Origin: Octopus vulgaris
Taxonomy: Eukaryota
Reading direction: 5' to 3'
DNA: 64,000 bases
Assembly: GCA_951406725.2 (NCBI GenBank)
Contig: OX597826.1
Coordinates: 14,880,001-14,944,000 of the forward strand
A model generated the notes under the pieces. It did no database searches, had not been told where the DNA came from, and saw only the letters and a program-made list of their open reading frames with translations. Of the stretch, positions 38,480 through 52,494 are shown piece after piece. The translations under genes and the position numbers were made by a program. How positions within the stretch are numbered: position 1 is the first letter of the stretch; each line of letters begins with the position of its first letter.

Positions 38480-39056
38480 GGACCCGCCCCATGATGAAAA
38501 CTGGTGAGAACGCAAATCACCTCCAGTGCTTGAAAATGATCACATCTCTCTCTCCTTTGGAATTTTACTGTTCAAATTGACAGAAAGATAATGCAAATAG
38601 ACCAGACATTATATTGAAGAACTTCAGAGAGAAATCATACCTCCTCATTGATATTAATGTCCCAATCAACATAAATGTATCTGTCATGACCTACCAAAAA
38701 CTGAGCAAGCATAAAGACCTTGAAATAGAAAATTGGCAAAATGTGAAACCTCAAGACTAAAACAATACCCGTTGTCATAGGTGCCCTAGGAATGATAGCA
38801 AAAGGGGCTGATTGCTAAATAGCTCAGATACCAAGAAGCCCCCAAAATGGCAGCAATTCAAAGGAGAGTGCTCATGGCAACTGCCCATATCCTACGGAAA
38901 ATATTGTCTATGTAATCTCAAATTTTAAAACAAACTTTTATAATTTTCTTATGTTTCCTTAAATATTCTCTATGTGCAAAACCAAATATATGACACGCGA
39001 GGCATAACACCAACATGAACTTCTTAATTGTTTCTCTTGAAAGCAAAAATCAAACA

Positions 39057-39057
<1 letters not shown>
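38480..39057 (+). pseudogene. R4/Dong-clade non-LTR retrotransposon 3' end (restriction-like endonuclease)
   Basis: LENDHI..WNFTVQIDRK.ANRPDIILK...LLIDINVP...QKLSKHKDLEIE...TIPVVIGALG, next to TAA-rich sequence. Confidence 0.85.
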
Positions 39058-39970
<913 letters not shown>

Positions 39971-40199
39971 ATACATTGATATATTTTCATTTTTATTTTT
40001 CGATTTTTTCTTTTTCGTCTCTCCCACCATTATTGTAATTGATATCCTTATTTTTCCCGTTCAAAACTTGGTTTGTAAATTACCTGATTTCCCTTATTGC
40101 CCATCTGTGTTCTCTTATTATATCTTATTTTATTTATATTTTATTTTTATCTCATTTTACTTCATCTTATTAGACTTTTTTGATGTCCTTCAAACGATC

Positions 40200-40360
40200 G
40201 GTCACTGATGAGAATGACAATGCATCAATTAAATTTTAAATTTTAAATTTTATTTTTATTATTATTCTTAATTCTAATTTTTTATTTTCAATTATAATTA
40301 TAATCACTATGATATCAATTTTTTCTCACATTTTTGCATTGTCTTTCGAAACGTACCTAT
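40200..40360 (+). ncRNA. Hammerhead-like motif with very large AT-rich stem II loop
   Basis: CTGATGA-GAATGACAATGCA...(~110 nt)...TGCATTGTCTTTC-GAA-ACGT-A; stem I is poor. Confidence 0.5.
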
Positions 40361-40439
40361 GCATTGAATCCAGTTTTATAATAAATCTATTTCTGTTTCA
40401 ACATCTTTTCTCCATTTTTTAATGCTTGTTTATGGTATA

Positions 40440-40822
40440 CTAGCAGTATCGCCCGGCGTTGCTCAGGTTTGTAAGGGAAATAACTATAAAGCATTTTTAG
40501 AGAGTTATAGCCAAAAAATAGCAAAAAGATGGAAAAAAATGATGGTAAATTTTTTTGAGAGTAAAAAAAGGTGGAGTTGCGTCCCCTAGACAGTTTGCGG
40601 TTTGTGTTTCTGATTCTCGACCCCATGTCGAATTTATCGATTTTTTTCAGAACTGGGGGAACTTTTCAAAATTTTCGCTGCGTTAGTTTTGAATTATGAC
40701 ATTGGGCTATGTGTGTGTCAAGTTTCATCAGAATCGGTTGAAAGCCGTGGTCAGGGTGAGGGTACAAGCAAACAGACACACAGAAACACACACAGACAAA
40801 CTGCCGTTTATATATAGAGAGA
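40440..40822 (-). mobile_element. Non-autonomous Helitron (same 3' end as 21576-21970, different interior)
   Basis: CTAG terminus with hairpin; TC/TATATATAAA 5' end. Confidence 0.72.
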
Positions 40823-40908
40823 TTCTTATACCTATAACGAATCTCTTCATATATCCATATATATATATATATATATATACATATACAGATGTATATATAT
40901 ATATGTAG

Positions 40909-40979
<71 letters not shown>

Positions 40980-41367
40980 AGTATACCCATATATATATAA
41001 GGATTTGGTAGACTGAAACTAAAAAACTCCTTCGTACGTATAGTGTGTGTGTGTGTGTGTGTGTGTGTGTTCGTGTGTGTGTGTGTGTGCGTTTGTGTTT
41101 GTGTGACTGTGTGTGTGTGTTTGTGTGTGCGTACTTTTGTGTTTGTGTGAGTGTGTGTGTGTGTGTGTTCATATAATTATTTGTGGTTGTAGGATCACGT
41201 TTTGGCTGCTATTTCCAGCGTGGTGGCATCTCTTAGATACCCAAAATTATAATTGTAATAATAATTATTACCCATGAAATTTTTTATTCCTATGCTGGCT
41301 ACCTGATAAGGTTGGTATTTAAATAACGATCTTATCTTTATTTATGTAAATTTATATATATATATAT

Positions 41368-41496
41368 ACCGGAGTAAACACATAAATGTGAAACAAGGTG
41401 GAAAAAAAGAGTACTCAAATACCAGTTGTAGAGTAATATGCTTTATTTAAAGCAGCAGAAAATTCTACAAAATTTTCTGCTGCTTTAAATAAAGTA
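41368..41496. mobile_element. PLE-like repeat P2, hairpin lacking the ribozyme centre
   Basis: Reverse complement of 26676-26780, plus an inverted CTGCTGCTTTAAATAAAG. Confidence 0.8.
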
Positions 41497-41508
41497 TATA
41501 TATATATA

Positions 41509-41565
<57 letters not shown>

Positions 41566-41862
41566 CATACATACACATACAGATATATACATATATATAC
41601 ATACATATATACACACATACATATACATAGATAAATATATCATAGTGAAAGTTTTAATAGTTTCACTATTAAAACTGGGCTTGCATTAGGTAAGAAGTCG
41701 AAAACATTTTTGTCCCATGACATTGCACTGTGAGTAAAGCATGCGTAAAATTTGAATGAAATCGGTCGGGTTGTTCTCAAGTTATTGTGATGCAGACATA
41801 CAGACACAAACAAACAGACAGACAGACATTCTCAGTTTTATATATATAGATTATATCATATT

Positions 41863-42260
41863 AAGGCGGCGAGCTGGCAGAAACGTTAGCACGCCGGGCG
41901 AAATGCGTAGCCGTATTTCGTCTGCCGATACGTTCTGAATTCAAATTCCGCCCAGGTCGACTTTGCCGTTCATCCTTTCGGGTTTGATAAATTAAGTACC
42001 AGTTACGCACTGAGGTCTATATAATCGACTTAATCCGTTTCTTTCTCCTTGTTTGTCCCCTCTGTGTTTAGCCCCTTGTGGGTAGTAAAGAAATAGGTAT
42101 TTCGTCTGTCTTTACGTTCTGAGTTCAAATTCCGTCGAGGTTTTCGGGGTCGATTAAATAAGTACCAGTTACGCACTGGGGTCGATGTTATCGACTTAAT
42201 CCCAATGTCTGTCCTTGTTTGTCCTCTCTATGTGTAGCCCCTTGTGGGTAATAAAGAAAT
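41863..42260 (+). mobile_element. SINE-B dimer or nested pair
   Basis: The first tail is followed directly by internal GGTATTTCGTCTG and a second body. Confidence 0.9.
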
Positions 42261-44157
42261 ATGTAAATAGATCGAGATATTTGTTTACTGTTTACTTTTA
42301 AATATGTTTCTTAATTAAAGTCACGACTGTGTTCACGGTTCATCATTTTTATCAACGATTTTTCTTATTAGTTCACATACACTTGAACTCAGAAAGCTGA
42401 AATTGCTGAGAAATTTCATTTCACTCTCAACCCATATTCTTTTTTTAAAATGTTTATTGTCACAGTCTTCAACCTGTCTATTATCGTGACTTTAGTTAAA
42501 ATATATTTCAGCGACATAATATATTCGATGTCAAATTTCACGTTTGTTTTCCTAAAGAATATGCTATAAACAAATGTAAGAATTACTAAAAGGAACCTAG
42601 AACAATAAGGGTCGATGAAATAAGTACCAGTTAAATGACTTGCTTCCCTCGCCTCAAAATTTGAAGCCTTGTGCCTCTAATAGAAAGGATTATTAGAATA
42701 TGGTAAATTCGCACACAAAAGTTGTCGTCTGAATAATAATTTTATAAAATCAAAGATTCAATATTTTTCTCAACATAAAAGTACTTCGTGCATCCCACAA
42801 TCCTCCATTGAAACATTGTTCATTGCTGCTCACTCTCCTCCATCGATTTTCGACTTTCAGTATTCTTTTTGTTCTTACTTCATATGTATATTGTAAACAC
42901 CACGCGCAACGACTTTCTCAACCAAACTCTATCAAATTATCAACCAGTTTTCCTCTTAACCAACGGCTACCGTTCCACATCATTCACCCCTCTCAGATGC
43001 TGAACCTTCTAGTCTAGACAGCGCTATAATCTGCCACAATTCCACAGAAAGTTAAAGGAATTAGCTCTACATGCAAGCACCAATCGTTTCCTTCGTCAAA
43101 CACAGATTGGAGTAATTTTGCAATTTTAACGATATACAAAACAAGCCTCAAAACATTCCATGGCTTCGCTGGTCTTAAGCAATGTAGCTACGAGTTGAGC
43201 TAACTCAACATCGATGAATTTAAGATGGATAGCGCAATAATTTTTTCGAAATGGGAAGGAATACAAAAATTTAGGTCAAGATCGATATAACACTCTAAAT
43301 AGATATTTTCTGAATATAGATAAGCAAAATATAAATAGCTGAATAATCAATGCTAAGAAGTTATAAAAGATAACAACCAACAAAAATCGAAGTGAGACTA
43401 CACACAGCAAAGCACATAAGTAAACAAAGTGGCAACATTACGAACAAGAACGACAACATACTGTTTGGATATGAGCAGCTTGTATCCTAGATAGGGTGAC
43501 AACAAACAAATTCTACGATATGAGAAGTGACCACCTTTGCGCAATTTCGAATTTGCTATAAAGGTAACGAAAAGAAGAAAAGGCAACTGGAACAGATGAG
43601 ATAGCAACAAAAATATTAAAATTGTGAGATAAATACCAACTAGATTCAATAATAGATAAATGTATGTAATACATGAGAGTGGTTATATGCCAACCGACAT
43701 GGAACGATCTAATTTTGTTTCTGTACGTAAAGTAACAAAAACTCAAAACTGCAAATTAAGTTTAGAACCATAAGTGTAATGAGTCACGTGACTAAACTAC
43801 TGCAGAAGATAATCCAGCAAAGCATTACATCAAGTATAGATAGGTAAATCAAGTGAAAAAGGGTTTTGGACCAAGAATGGGAAATCGTGAAGGAATAGTT
43901 AGATCAAACGTAGAAGAGCATTAGACATAAATGGAATCGTTTGCATTTAACTGCTACTCTGTATCTCGGTACTTGACTGAGCAAACAGGAACAGCTGATC
44001 TACTGTTTATCAAAATGCATAATATGTGAAAAAAAATTTCAAGTAATAACTATAATATGCTGAGAGAAAATGGTAGTTGTTAGAACTGAACGTGGTAAAA
44101 GCATCAGAATTTAAGATTAAGAAGAGTCTGGCAAGGGTATGTCTATTCTCGAGTCTA

Positions 44158-45449
44158 CGAGGGGCGTTCAATAAGTAATGCCCCTGACCCACTTCCCATA
44201 GCAGTAGAGCAACGAAACTTGGCACAGTTATTAGTCTTTTTCTACATAGGAACCACTCAGAGTTACACATTTCTCCCATCGTTTGATGCAACTCTGGAGA
44301 CCGTTTTTGTAGAAGACCCCAGCTTGGTCCTCCAACCACGACGTGACTTCAGAAATTAAGGCTGCATCATCTGGGAAACGCTTTCCTTTCAAAAACAACT
44401 TCATGGCTGGGAAGAGGGGAAAATCAGAGGGTGCAAGGTCAGGAGAGTAGGGGGATGGGAGAGGAGTTCATAGCCGCACGCCTGTGCTTCTGATCTGGCG
44501 ACACGCGAGTTGTAGACCGGAGCGTTGTCCTGCAGGAGGAGGATGCCTTTGCTGATCTTGCCCCGCCTCTTGATTTTGATAGCTTCTCTTAATTTCCTCA
44601 AAAGTGAAGTATAATAGGCTCCTGTAATTGTGGTACCCTTTGCCAGGAAATCTGTCATCACTACTCCGTCCTGGTCCCCGAAGACTGTGAGCATGACCTT
44701 GCCAGCGGAGGGCTGCACCCTTGCCTTCTTTGGAGGAGGTGAGTCACGGAGGTTCCACTGCATTGACTGGGCTTTGGTCTCTGGATCATAGTGATGGACC
44801 CAGGTTTCATCCTGTGTAATCAGTCTTTTGAAAAATTTTGACTCATCTTCTTGGCACATCTCCAAATTCATCCTCGAGCACTCAACGCGTTCTTGCTTCT
44901 GGAAAGGTGTGAGAAACCTGGGAATCCATCTGGCAGACACCTTTAGCATATGCAAATGGTCATGAATGATAGTTTCCACAGACCCGGTACTAAACTTGAC
45001 CTCATGGGCTATTTGGCGAATAGTTATGCGTCGATCTTCCAAAATGGCAGCCTCAACTTGACGGACAGATGCCTCATCAATGGCAGAAGTGGGGCGACCA
45101 GATCTGGGAGCTGTTTCCACAGAGTTCCAACCATGTTTGAATTCATGATGCCAGCGTTTTACAAGGTCATATGATGGGGCATCATCACCATAAGTTATTT
45201 TCATTTCATCAAAAGTCTTCCGTGGTGTGCGTCCTTTCAAATACAAAAACCGGATCACTGCTCGACACTCAACAGGCTCCATTTCACACTTGACTCAGTT
45301 CAAACACCTGTATATCAGGAACCACAATTAGTTCAAAGCTATAATTTGTAACTTAATCTATAGAGATATAAATAATTGAACATGTAAATTTTCAGCTAGA
45401 TCAAATAACTGCAAGTGGGTTAGAGGCATTACTTATTGAACGCCCCTCG
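44158..45449 (-). mobile_element. Near-complete mariner transposon (1,292 bp, DD34D)
   Basis: TIR CGAGGGGCGTTCAATAAGTAATGCC at both ends; TA TSD at 44156-44157 and 45450-45451. Confidence 0.97.
44231..45282 (-). pseudogene. Mariner transposase with a single frameshift at about 44450
   Basis: HTH N-terminus, WIPRFL, TQDETW and QDNA. After the shift it reads YSPDLAPSDF...KRWEKCVTLSGSYVEKD*, with 34 residues between the 2nd and 3rd D. Confidence 0.95.
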
Positions 45450-46730
45450 TAATTAATTTTTATGTTGAGATCTTTAGAGAAATAGAAGACAATATAAAGA
45501 AGGAGTATCGACAAAATGTATGAACATCAATAGATATGCTGAAGACACTGGCTCGTTAACTTCCAGTAGAAATGCTAGATAGAACCTTGTCAACACAGTA
45601 AATGACAAATGAATGGTCTGTGGTATGGAAATTAAGGTAGAGAAGACCAAATCAATGCTATTCATGAAGAAACAATAGTCACCGGCCGTCAATACTACAA
45701 CTTCAGGAAAATCAATATAATTAATAGCGATAGAAGTATTATTAATGCCAAAAGGTAATGGTTATCCTCACATAAAATGGATGTTGTATTAAAAAACAGA
45801 ATACTGCGATAGTTACCATGGGAGGACCTCTTATATGGTGATGCATATAAGCACTCTTATTTATATCGCTAGCGGGAGGTAATCAACTGCCATCACCGCC
45901 GCTGAGACTACCAGATCATGTGATTTCGGCCTTACTTGGCTTGTCAATAGCAGACGCCTGAAAGCTAGAAACAGCAACGATTCCACCGCTTGCGATGTAC
46001 ATAGAATGTCAATGCCAAATCAGGTACTGGGGTCGCAAATAGCCGGAGGGCTTCTTAAGAAATGAATCAATAGCGACAGAAATGATGTACCAACGTTAAA
46101 TGCAATTTGGAAACAGAAAATGTGAAGCAGAAATAAAAGAAATGGGGGAGCTAGAAAACCACCGTGAACAAATCTCAAGTAATATAACATTAAGAAACAA
46201 TAATACGGTAACATCGTAAAATGTTCATGGACTGTCCAGTCTACTAAATAAGTTTTAAGAATGTATTACCAAATAGATTACAAGCCTTGGAGACATAATC
46301 ATAAAGGAAGTTTCAAAATATCAAAATCGGAACAGAAAACTTGAAATCAAGTACTAAGAATGGTAAAATCAAAGACAGAAGAGTTAATAAGTAAAAATGG
46401 TTTGCAGAAAGTAAAATAAATCGAGAGTTAAGTAGATGAATGACATCGAGTTTTGGACTCACTAAAACTAAGTGAATATTTAAAAGACAACATAGAAAAT
46501 ACCTTGGTGATCCTTAGTAGGGAACTTGTGGGGTGGGAATGATAGCGGATATAAGGAAATTGAAAACGCGATGTGAACGATTGAACAACACGACATATGA
46601 ACACTGTGCTCTTCGACACATCCAAAGCCGTACTGATGTCATATACTAAACAAGGCTGCTGTGGTTCAACGGAACAACCTGCGCCAGCACAAAACTCTCC
46701 AACAGCTCAACAATATAGATTTCTACTTGC

Positions 46731-46968
46731 AAGAGGTGGCGAGCTGGCAGAATCGTTAGCACGCCGGGCGAAATGCGTAGCCGTATTTCGTCTGCCGTTA
46801 CGTTCTGAGTTCAAATTCCGCTGAGGTCGACTTTGCTTTTCATCCTTTCGGGGTCGATAAATTAAGTACCAGTTATGCACTGGAGTCGATATAATCGACT
46901 TAATCCGTTTGTCTGTCCTTGTGTGTCCCCTCTCTGTATTTAGCCCCTCGTGGGAAATAAAGAAATAA
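46731..46968 (+). mobile_element. SINE-B with TSD AATATAGATTTCTACT
   Basis: Full-length copy with flanking direct repeat. Confidence 0.92.
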
Positions 46969-47804
46969 ATATAGATTTCTACTGCAAGTTACCAAAGGTT
47001 TATACACCATAGAACCATTTTATTAAAGTACTAATTTCTTCTTTTGCACTTCTCCTTGCGCTACTACTGACCTTACCATTAATACACCTCGTCATTCTGC
47101 CATTTTTTCTCATAGCTAATCATCTCGATTGCCTCCTTGTCTCTGCCTGTAGTTGTTCCATTGAACGCCTCTATAGCTACTTTGATAAACTCATGTTACT
47201 CTTTACTAGTGTTCTTCTCTCATGTATGAAAAACAGTAACCATACTCTTGACCCGTTAACCTCAAACACCGCCAGTACACTTTAACGGGTGCTATTTCGT
47301 TTGACTATAACCCTGGAAGACGCAAAAGTGTACAAAGGCATGCTTTTGCGTTTATGGCTGGAAATAACGATGTTTCTGCCAACAAGTGGGCCTTAAACAC
47401 AAAACACACCGGTACCCACCTCTTCGTCTTCTATGAGTGTAGTCAAGTGAAATCGTTCTTTCTAAAGCAAACTCGAGGATTCAGATGGCTAGTTTTTCAA
47501 CTTATTGCTTTCTCTGCAGGACTTCCCCAACTAATAATCATAATGGTTGCAAAATCCTTTTTCTACCGTCGTTACCCGCATTGAAGAGCTCATAGTCTTA
47601 TATTTCGTCTCACAACTGGACAACTATACGTCTCTACTCGTCCTTACTATCAACTGCTTGTATTTTCCAGTAAGTTCTGTCCACAAGTTACCGAAGTACT
47701 AAAATTGATCCTATTTACGAAAATCTTTTCCTGAATCAGATAGGTTGAGTGTTATGGTCATTACTCGAAGGATTTTATCATGCTTTTGAATATTGCAGAC
47801 ATAA

Positions 47805-47825
47805 CAGGCAGTGACCTGAATAATA

Positions 47826-47870
<45 letters not shown>

Positions 47871-48329
47871 ATGATTATGATGATGATAATAATAATAATA
47901 ATAATGATGATAATGATGATGATGTTGATGATGATGATTATGATGATGATAATAATAATAATAATTTTATTTTACTCTAGGCACAAGGTCCGAAACGTTT
48001 GGGGAGGGGACCAATCGATTAGATCGAACCTAGTACACAACTGGTACTTAATTTATCGACCCCGAAAGGATGAAAGGCAAAGTCGACCTCGGCGGAATTT
48101 GAACTCAGAACGTAAAGACAGACGAAACACCGCTCAGCATTTCGCCCGGCCTGCTAACGGTTCTGCCAACTCGATGATGATGATGATGATGATAACCACA
48201 ACAACATCGAAAAATACCTTAGGAATGAGAACCCAGGTTCGAAATTTCCCAAAGACACCTGATGAACGTTGTGTTAACAACAAACAAAATGAGGACAAAT
48301 ATCCGTCAAATGTAAATAATGTAAATAAT
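47805..48329 (+). mobile_element. Second copy of the tRNA/hammerhead element, 5'-truncated, stem II deleted, SINE-B (47970-48172, -) nested in its microsatellite
   Basis: CAGGCAGTGACCTGAA(TAA/GAT)n...ATCGAAAAATACCTTAGGAATGAGAACCCAGGTTCGAAATTTCCC...ACAC-CTGATGA-ACGT-T-GTGT. Confidence 0.8.
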
Positions 48330-48436
48330 GAAGGATTCTTTCAGTTTCTGTCTACCAAACGAGGCTTTGGTCAACCTGTAATTATAGTAGAAACACCTGG
48401 CCAAGGTGCCATGTAGTGGGATTGAACCGAAAACAA

Positions 48437-48471
<35 letters not shown>

Positions 48472-48504
48472 CTCTTTCTTCTCTGTCTCAGTCCCTCCCT
48501 CTTG

Positions 48505-48563
<59 letters not shown>

Positions 48564-48794
48564 CAAAAATATTCACACGTCCGTACACACGCACTTACAC
48601 TCAAATAATACACACACATACACACACACAAGCACACATGCACAATCATAGATGCATAGACGTGTGTGTGTGTGTGTGTCTTTGTGCGAGTGCACAAATG
48701 CATTTCTGTGCTCGTAAACCTAGTTTGGATGCATATTTATGTCTGTTGGTGTTATACGTATATATTTATATATTTACAATATTTTATTTATGCG

Positions 48795-49094
48795 CCCTTT
48801 TCAAGCCAAGCCAATCTCATGGGCCCGGTTTCCCGGTTTCTGTGGCATATGTGTTCCCCACAGCTGGACGGGACGCCAGTCCATCGCAGCATTACTCAAG
48901 AAACAGGCAGTAAGAGTGAGAGAAAGTTGAGGCGAAAGAGTACAACAGTGGTCGCCACCACCTCCTGCCGGAGGCTCGTGGAACTTTAGAGAATTTTCGC
49001 TCAATAAACACACACAACGCCCGGTCTGGGAATCGAAACTGCGATCCTTCGACCTCGAGTCCGCTTCCCTAACCACTGGGCCATTGCGTCTCCA
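48795..49094 (-). mobile_element. SINE family C with a GCGATGGACTGGCGTCCCGTCCAG-type tail
   Basis: Head homologous to 14408; tail shared with family D (61329-61560). Confidence 0.88.
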
Positions 49095-49171
49095 CATATA
49101 TTTACATTAGCAAGTATGAACGTCTGGTTTAGAAATTTGCTTCACAATCTTGTGGTTCTGGTTTCGGTCGC

Positions 49172-49625
49172 ACAGCGCTGCCCCATGAGCAAGTATCTTT
49201 GCTCTAGTTTGGTTGGCACAATTCCCGTCATTACGAAACGACACACAGAGAAAGTATTGCTTGAATAACAGAGGACAGTGGGGAAGTTTTTAAAACAAGA
49301 TTTTAGTGTAAGCTGATCCAGTCTCACGGCGCAATACCTTGACCAAATGTCTTCTCCCTGCTTTTGTTAGCACAGTTTCCACCATTACGAAACAACACAC
49401 ACACGAAGTATTGCTTGAATAACAGAGGACAGGGGGCAGTTTTTAAACAGGATTTTAGTGTAAGCTGATCCAGTCTCACGGCGCAGTACTTTGAGCAAGT
49501 ATCTTCTCTCTAGTTTTGTTGGCACAATTTCAATTTACGAAATAACGCACCCTAAGTATTGCATAGATAACAGACGAGACGCGGACATTTTCAAACAAGA
49601 TTACAACATAAACTGATCCGGTAAT
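49172..49625 (+). repeat. Three-copy ~150-bp tandem repeat
   Basis: The unit GAGCAAGTATCTT...TACGAAA...AAGTATTGC...GCTGATCC is repeated three times. Confidence 0.85.
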
Positions 49626-49927
49626 TGCAGCTTTATTCAGTCACTTGCATTTTGGGAGTCCAATCTGCTGATTCGGAGCCAATTAAGAACACCCAAGAAC
49701 AATAGCACTAAGTATTATCAAAATTATACAACACCACCACCGCAACACCAACGACTCCGGCTACAACACCATGACTATACCACACACATGGACACTTAAC
49801 CACACCACTCGTTACCTTACAATATCTCAATACCCCACCATCATCATTATCATCATTATCACCATACTACACCCTAACTAAATAAACTGCCACCATCACC
49901 GCCGCCACCACTCAAGGTCTGAAGTGG

Positions 49928-50080
49928 GCGTCGTAACCGTTTACGAATTTTATGACAGTCGTAAATCTTGCGACATGTCTTGCAGAGTAGGGTGTCGGAC
50001 GTAGTGGAGAGCACCATAAATCAATCCCAGCAGCCCGTGCGTCTACACCCCCTCCACATACACAGTCACTGTTTACACAA
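49928..50080. promoter_or_regulatory. Candidate Hox/TALE-responsive enhancer
   Basis: TCGTAA, TTTACGA, TTTTATGAC, TGACAG, GTCGTAAATC, CCATAAATCAAT (=ATTGATTTATGG) and TGTTTAC fall within ~150 bp of unique, CpG-containing DNA. Confidence 0.5.
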
Positions 50081-50144
50081 CGTCAGAATGTCATTATAGG
50101 ATTTCCCTCCAGCCCTAGACTTCTCTTCGTCACTTTCTTTCTTA

Positions 50145-50186
<42 letters not shown>

Positions 50187-50267
50187 TACATACATACATA
50201 CACACAGGTTTATGAACACCCACATACACTTACCTCACCACAAGCATTCTCCCTCTCTCTCTCTCTG

Positions 50268-50303
<36 letters not shown>

Positions 50304-50563
50304 TTTCTCACTCTCTCCTTTTCCTTTCTTTCTAAAGTTATATCAGACTGTATTGGCTTGTAATTGCGAATGTGTGTGTATGTGTCAGCTTCTGCGTGTG
50401 TGTATGTGTGTGTGTGTGTGTATATGTGTGTGTACGTGTGTGTGTGCCTCTGCGTGTGCGTGTCTGTCTGTCTGTGTGTTTATGTGTCTGCTTTTATCTG
50501 TGTGTGTGTGTGTGTCTGTCTGTCTGTCTCTATATGTGTATCTGTCTGCCTCTGTGTGAGTGT

Positions 50564-50649
<86 letters not shown>

Positions 50650-51471
50650 CTGCCTCTGTCTCTGTGTGTATATCTGTCCGCTACTATATGTGTGTGTGCG
50701 CGCGTGTGCTTCTTTGTCAATCTGTGTTGTACGTTGGTTTGTGACCATATTATGTTTTGTGTGTGTAAGACATTTTTTGTTGTTGCTTTGACAAGGCGGT
50801 TGATGACGACAACAACAACAACAACAACACCAACACCGTCAACAACCGTACGAGCATGACACAGCAACAGCAAAAACTAAACAACAAAAACAAAGAATGG
50901 AACTAACAACGACTGCTAAGTAAACATGGACGGCGGCCAGTATCTATGTAGGAAGGATTGTTATAGTTTTGTTGTTTGGTGGACGGTGGACGGTGGATCG
51001 GAGATGGCGGACGAGTGTGAGCAAGCGTGTGTGTGTGTGTACGAGTGTGTGTGTGTGTATGTATTGACAAGCATAGACACACAAATAAGCATGTGTGTGT
51101 GTATGTGTGTATGTGTGGTTGTGTCAGGTAGTTGCGGTGGTGTGACACTTTCGATTTCCTTTCAGAGAAAGTTGGTTCTCGTGAACTTCTTGATCGTCAT
51201 CGTCGTTGTCGTCACAGACGACAACGACGGTAGTGCTGGTGTACTGTTTGTTGTTGTTGTTGTTGGTGGTGGTGTTGTGTAGGAGATGGCTACACACGCG
51301 CACACACACACACACACACAGATACACATACACACACACAGATACACACTAACTCTTTCTCACTCAGTGTGCGTGTGTGTACGTGTGTGTGTTTGTGTGT
51401 GCATGTCTGTGTGTGTGTGCATGTGTGCGTGTGTATGTGTGTGTGCGTGTGTGTATGTGTGTGTGTGCGTA

Positions 51472-51517
<46 letters not shown>

Positions 51518-52494
51518 TGCCTATGTCTGTCCCTACACATTTCCCTTTCGGGTTTCCTACTCGGCATCATTTATGTGCCCTCTTGAAAGCAGTCCATAAA
51601 AATATGTTACTGAAATTAGGACATCCTGTTGTTGAAGGGCTTTCTTTTTATTTCATCTTTTATTTCATTTTATTTCATCTTTTTTTTCTTTTTTGCCAGA
51701 CATCCCTGACTTAGCTTTTTGTTTTTACTCTCGGAACAAGAAGCATAGAAATAAAATGTGATGGCTTATATCAGCAACCTAGTAAATTGATATGACTTCC
51801 AACAATGTATCGAAGATTCTCGTTCTAAGTTTGAAATTTAACTATTGATCTCGAACATGCGACTGTTTACATGCTTAAATTTCTTCAGATTATGTAGAAG
51901 GCTTAATATTGTTAAACTGGGGGACAAATATGATCGATAGACTCGTCCCAGTATAGTGTTATCATTTACTTCCATCTGCAGAGATGAATGGTTAAGCTGA
52001 CCCAACCAGAATAAAAGGGACAAAACTATGGTCTTCAAACTTTATCGGGGTGCAAATTCAAAACAGCTGTATTTCACAAATAAAAACTTGACCTAATTAA
52101 CCCATTATTTTCTTGCTTTTACATCCACTGTCCCCTTTGGCTACCCTCATTATCGCCCCACTTTTCTTCAATGCCCCTTTCTTTGATCTTTCCACCGCCC
52201 TTCTAAGGGGACCATTGTCACAAAGCATTTAACTTATGCTAATTAAAAACTATACCTTCCCAACGAAGTATTATATCTTACTTTGGAATACTTTTCTAAC
52301 ATTAACGGTGCATGATAAAGGAATTTACTTTTACATAATTTGCAGTTAATGCACAGCACTTCAAATAACTATTTGATATATATTTACTCTTTACATAACA
52401 ACGTAGTAATAAACTCATTTAACAAAATTTCTTAATTTCGGTATCGTGCAGCACAATAGGACCTTAAGGTCCTTGCACAGTTCCTGTAGCATAC

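Larger units (their letters stand above)
43200..46640 (+). pseudogene. Old RTE(BovB-like) LINE ORF2 remnant split by mariner
   Basis: Motifs SGYMPTDMERSNFV..., FRTISVMSHVTKLL, GFGPRMGNREGI and VWQG precede the mariner; RYAEDT (YADD) follows it. Confidence 0.75.

Noticed and set aside
44950-45174. 74-aa plus-strand ORF
   Set aside because: It is the antisense shadow of the mariner transposase.
49172-49625. Tandem repeat as a retrozyme or CRISPR-like array
   Set aside because: It has CTGATCC rather than CTGANGA and no stem II pairing with the CGAAA. Units are wholly repeated with no unique spacers, there are no cas genes, and the context is eukaryotic.
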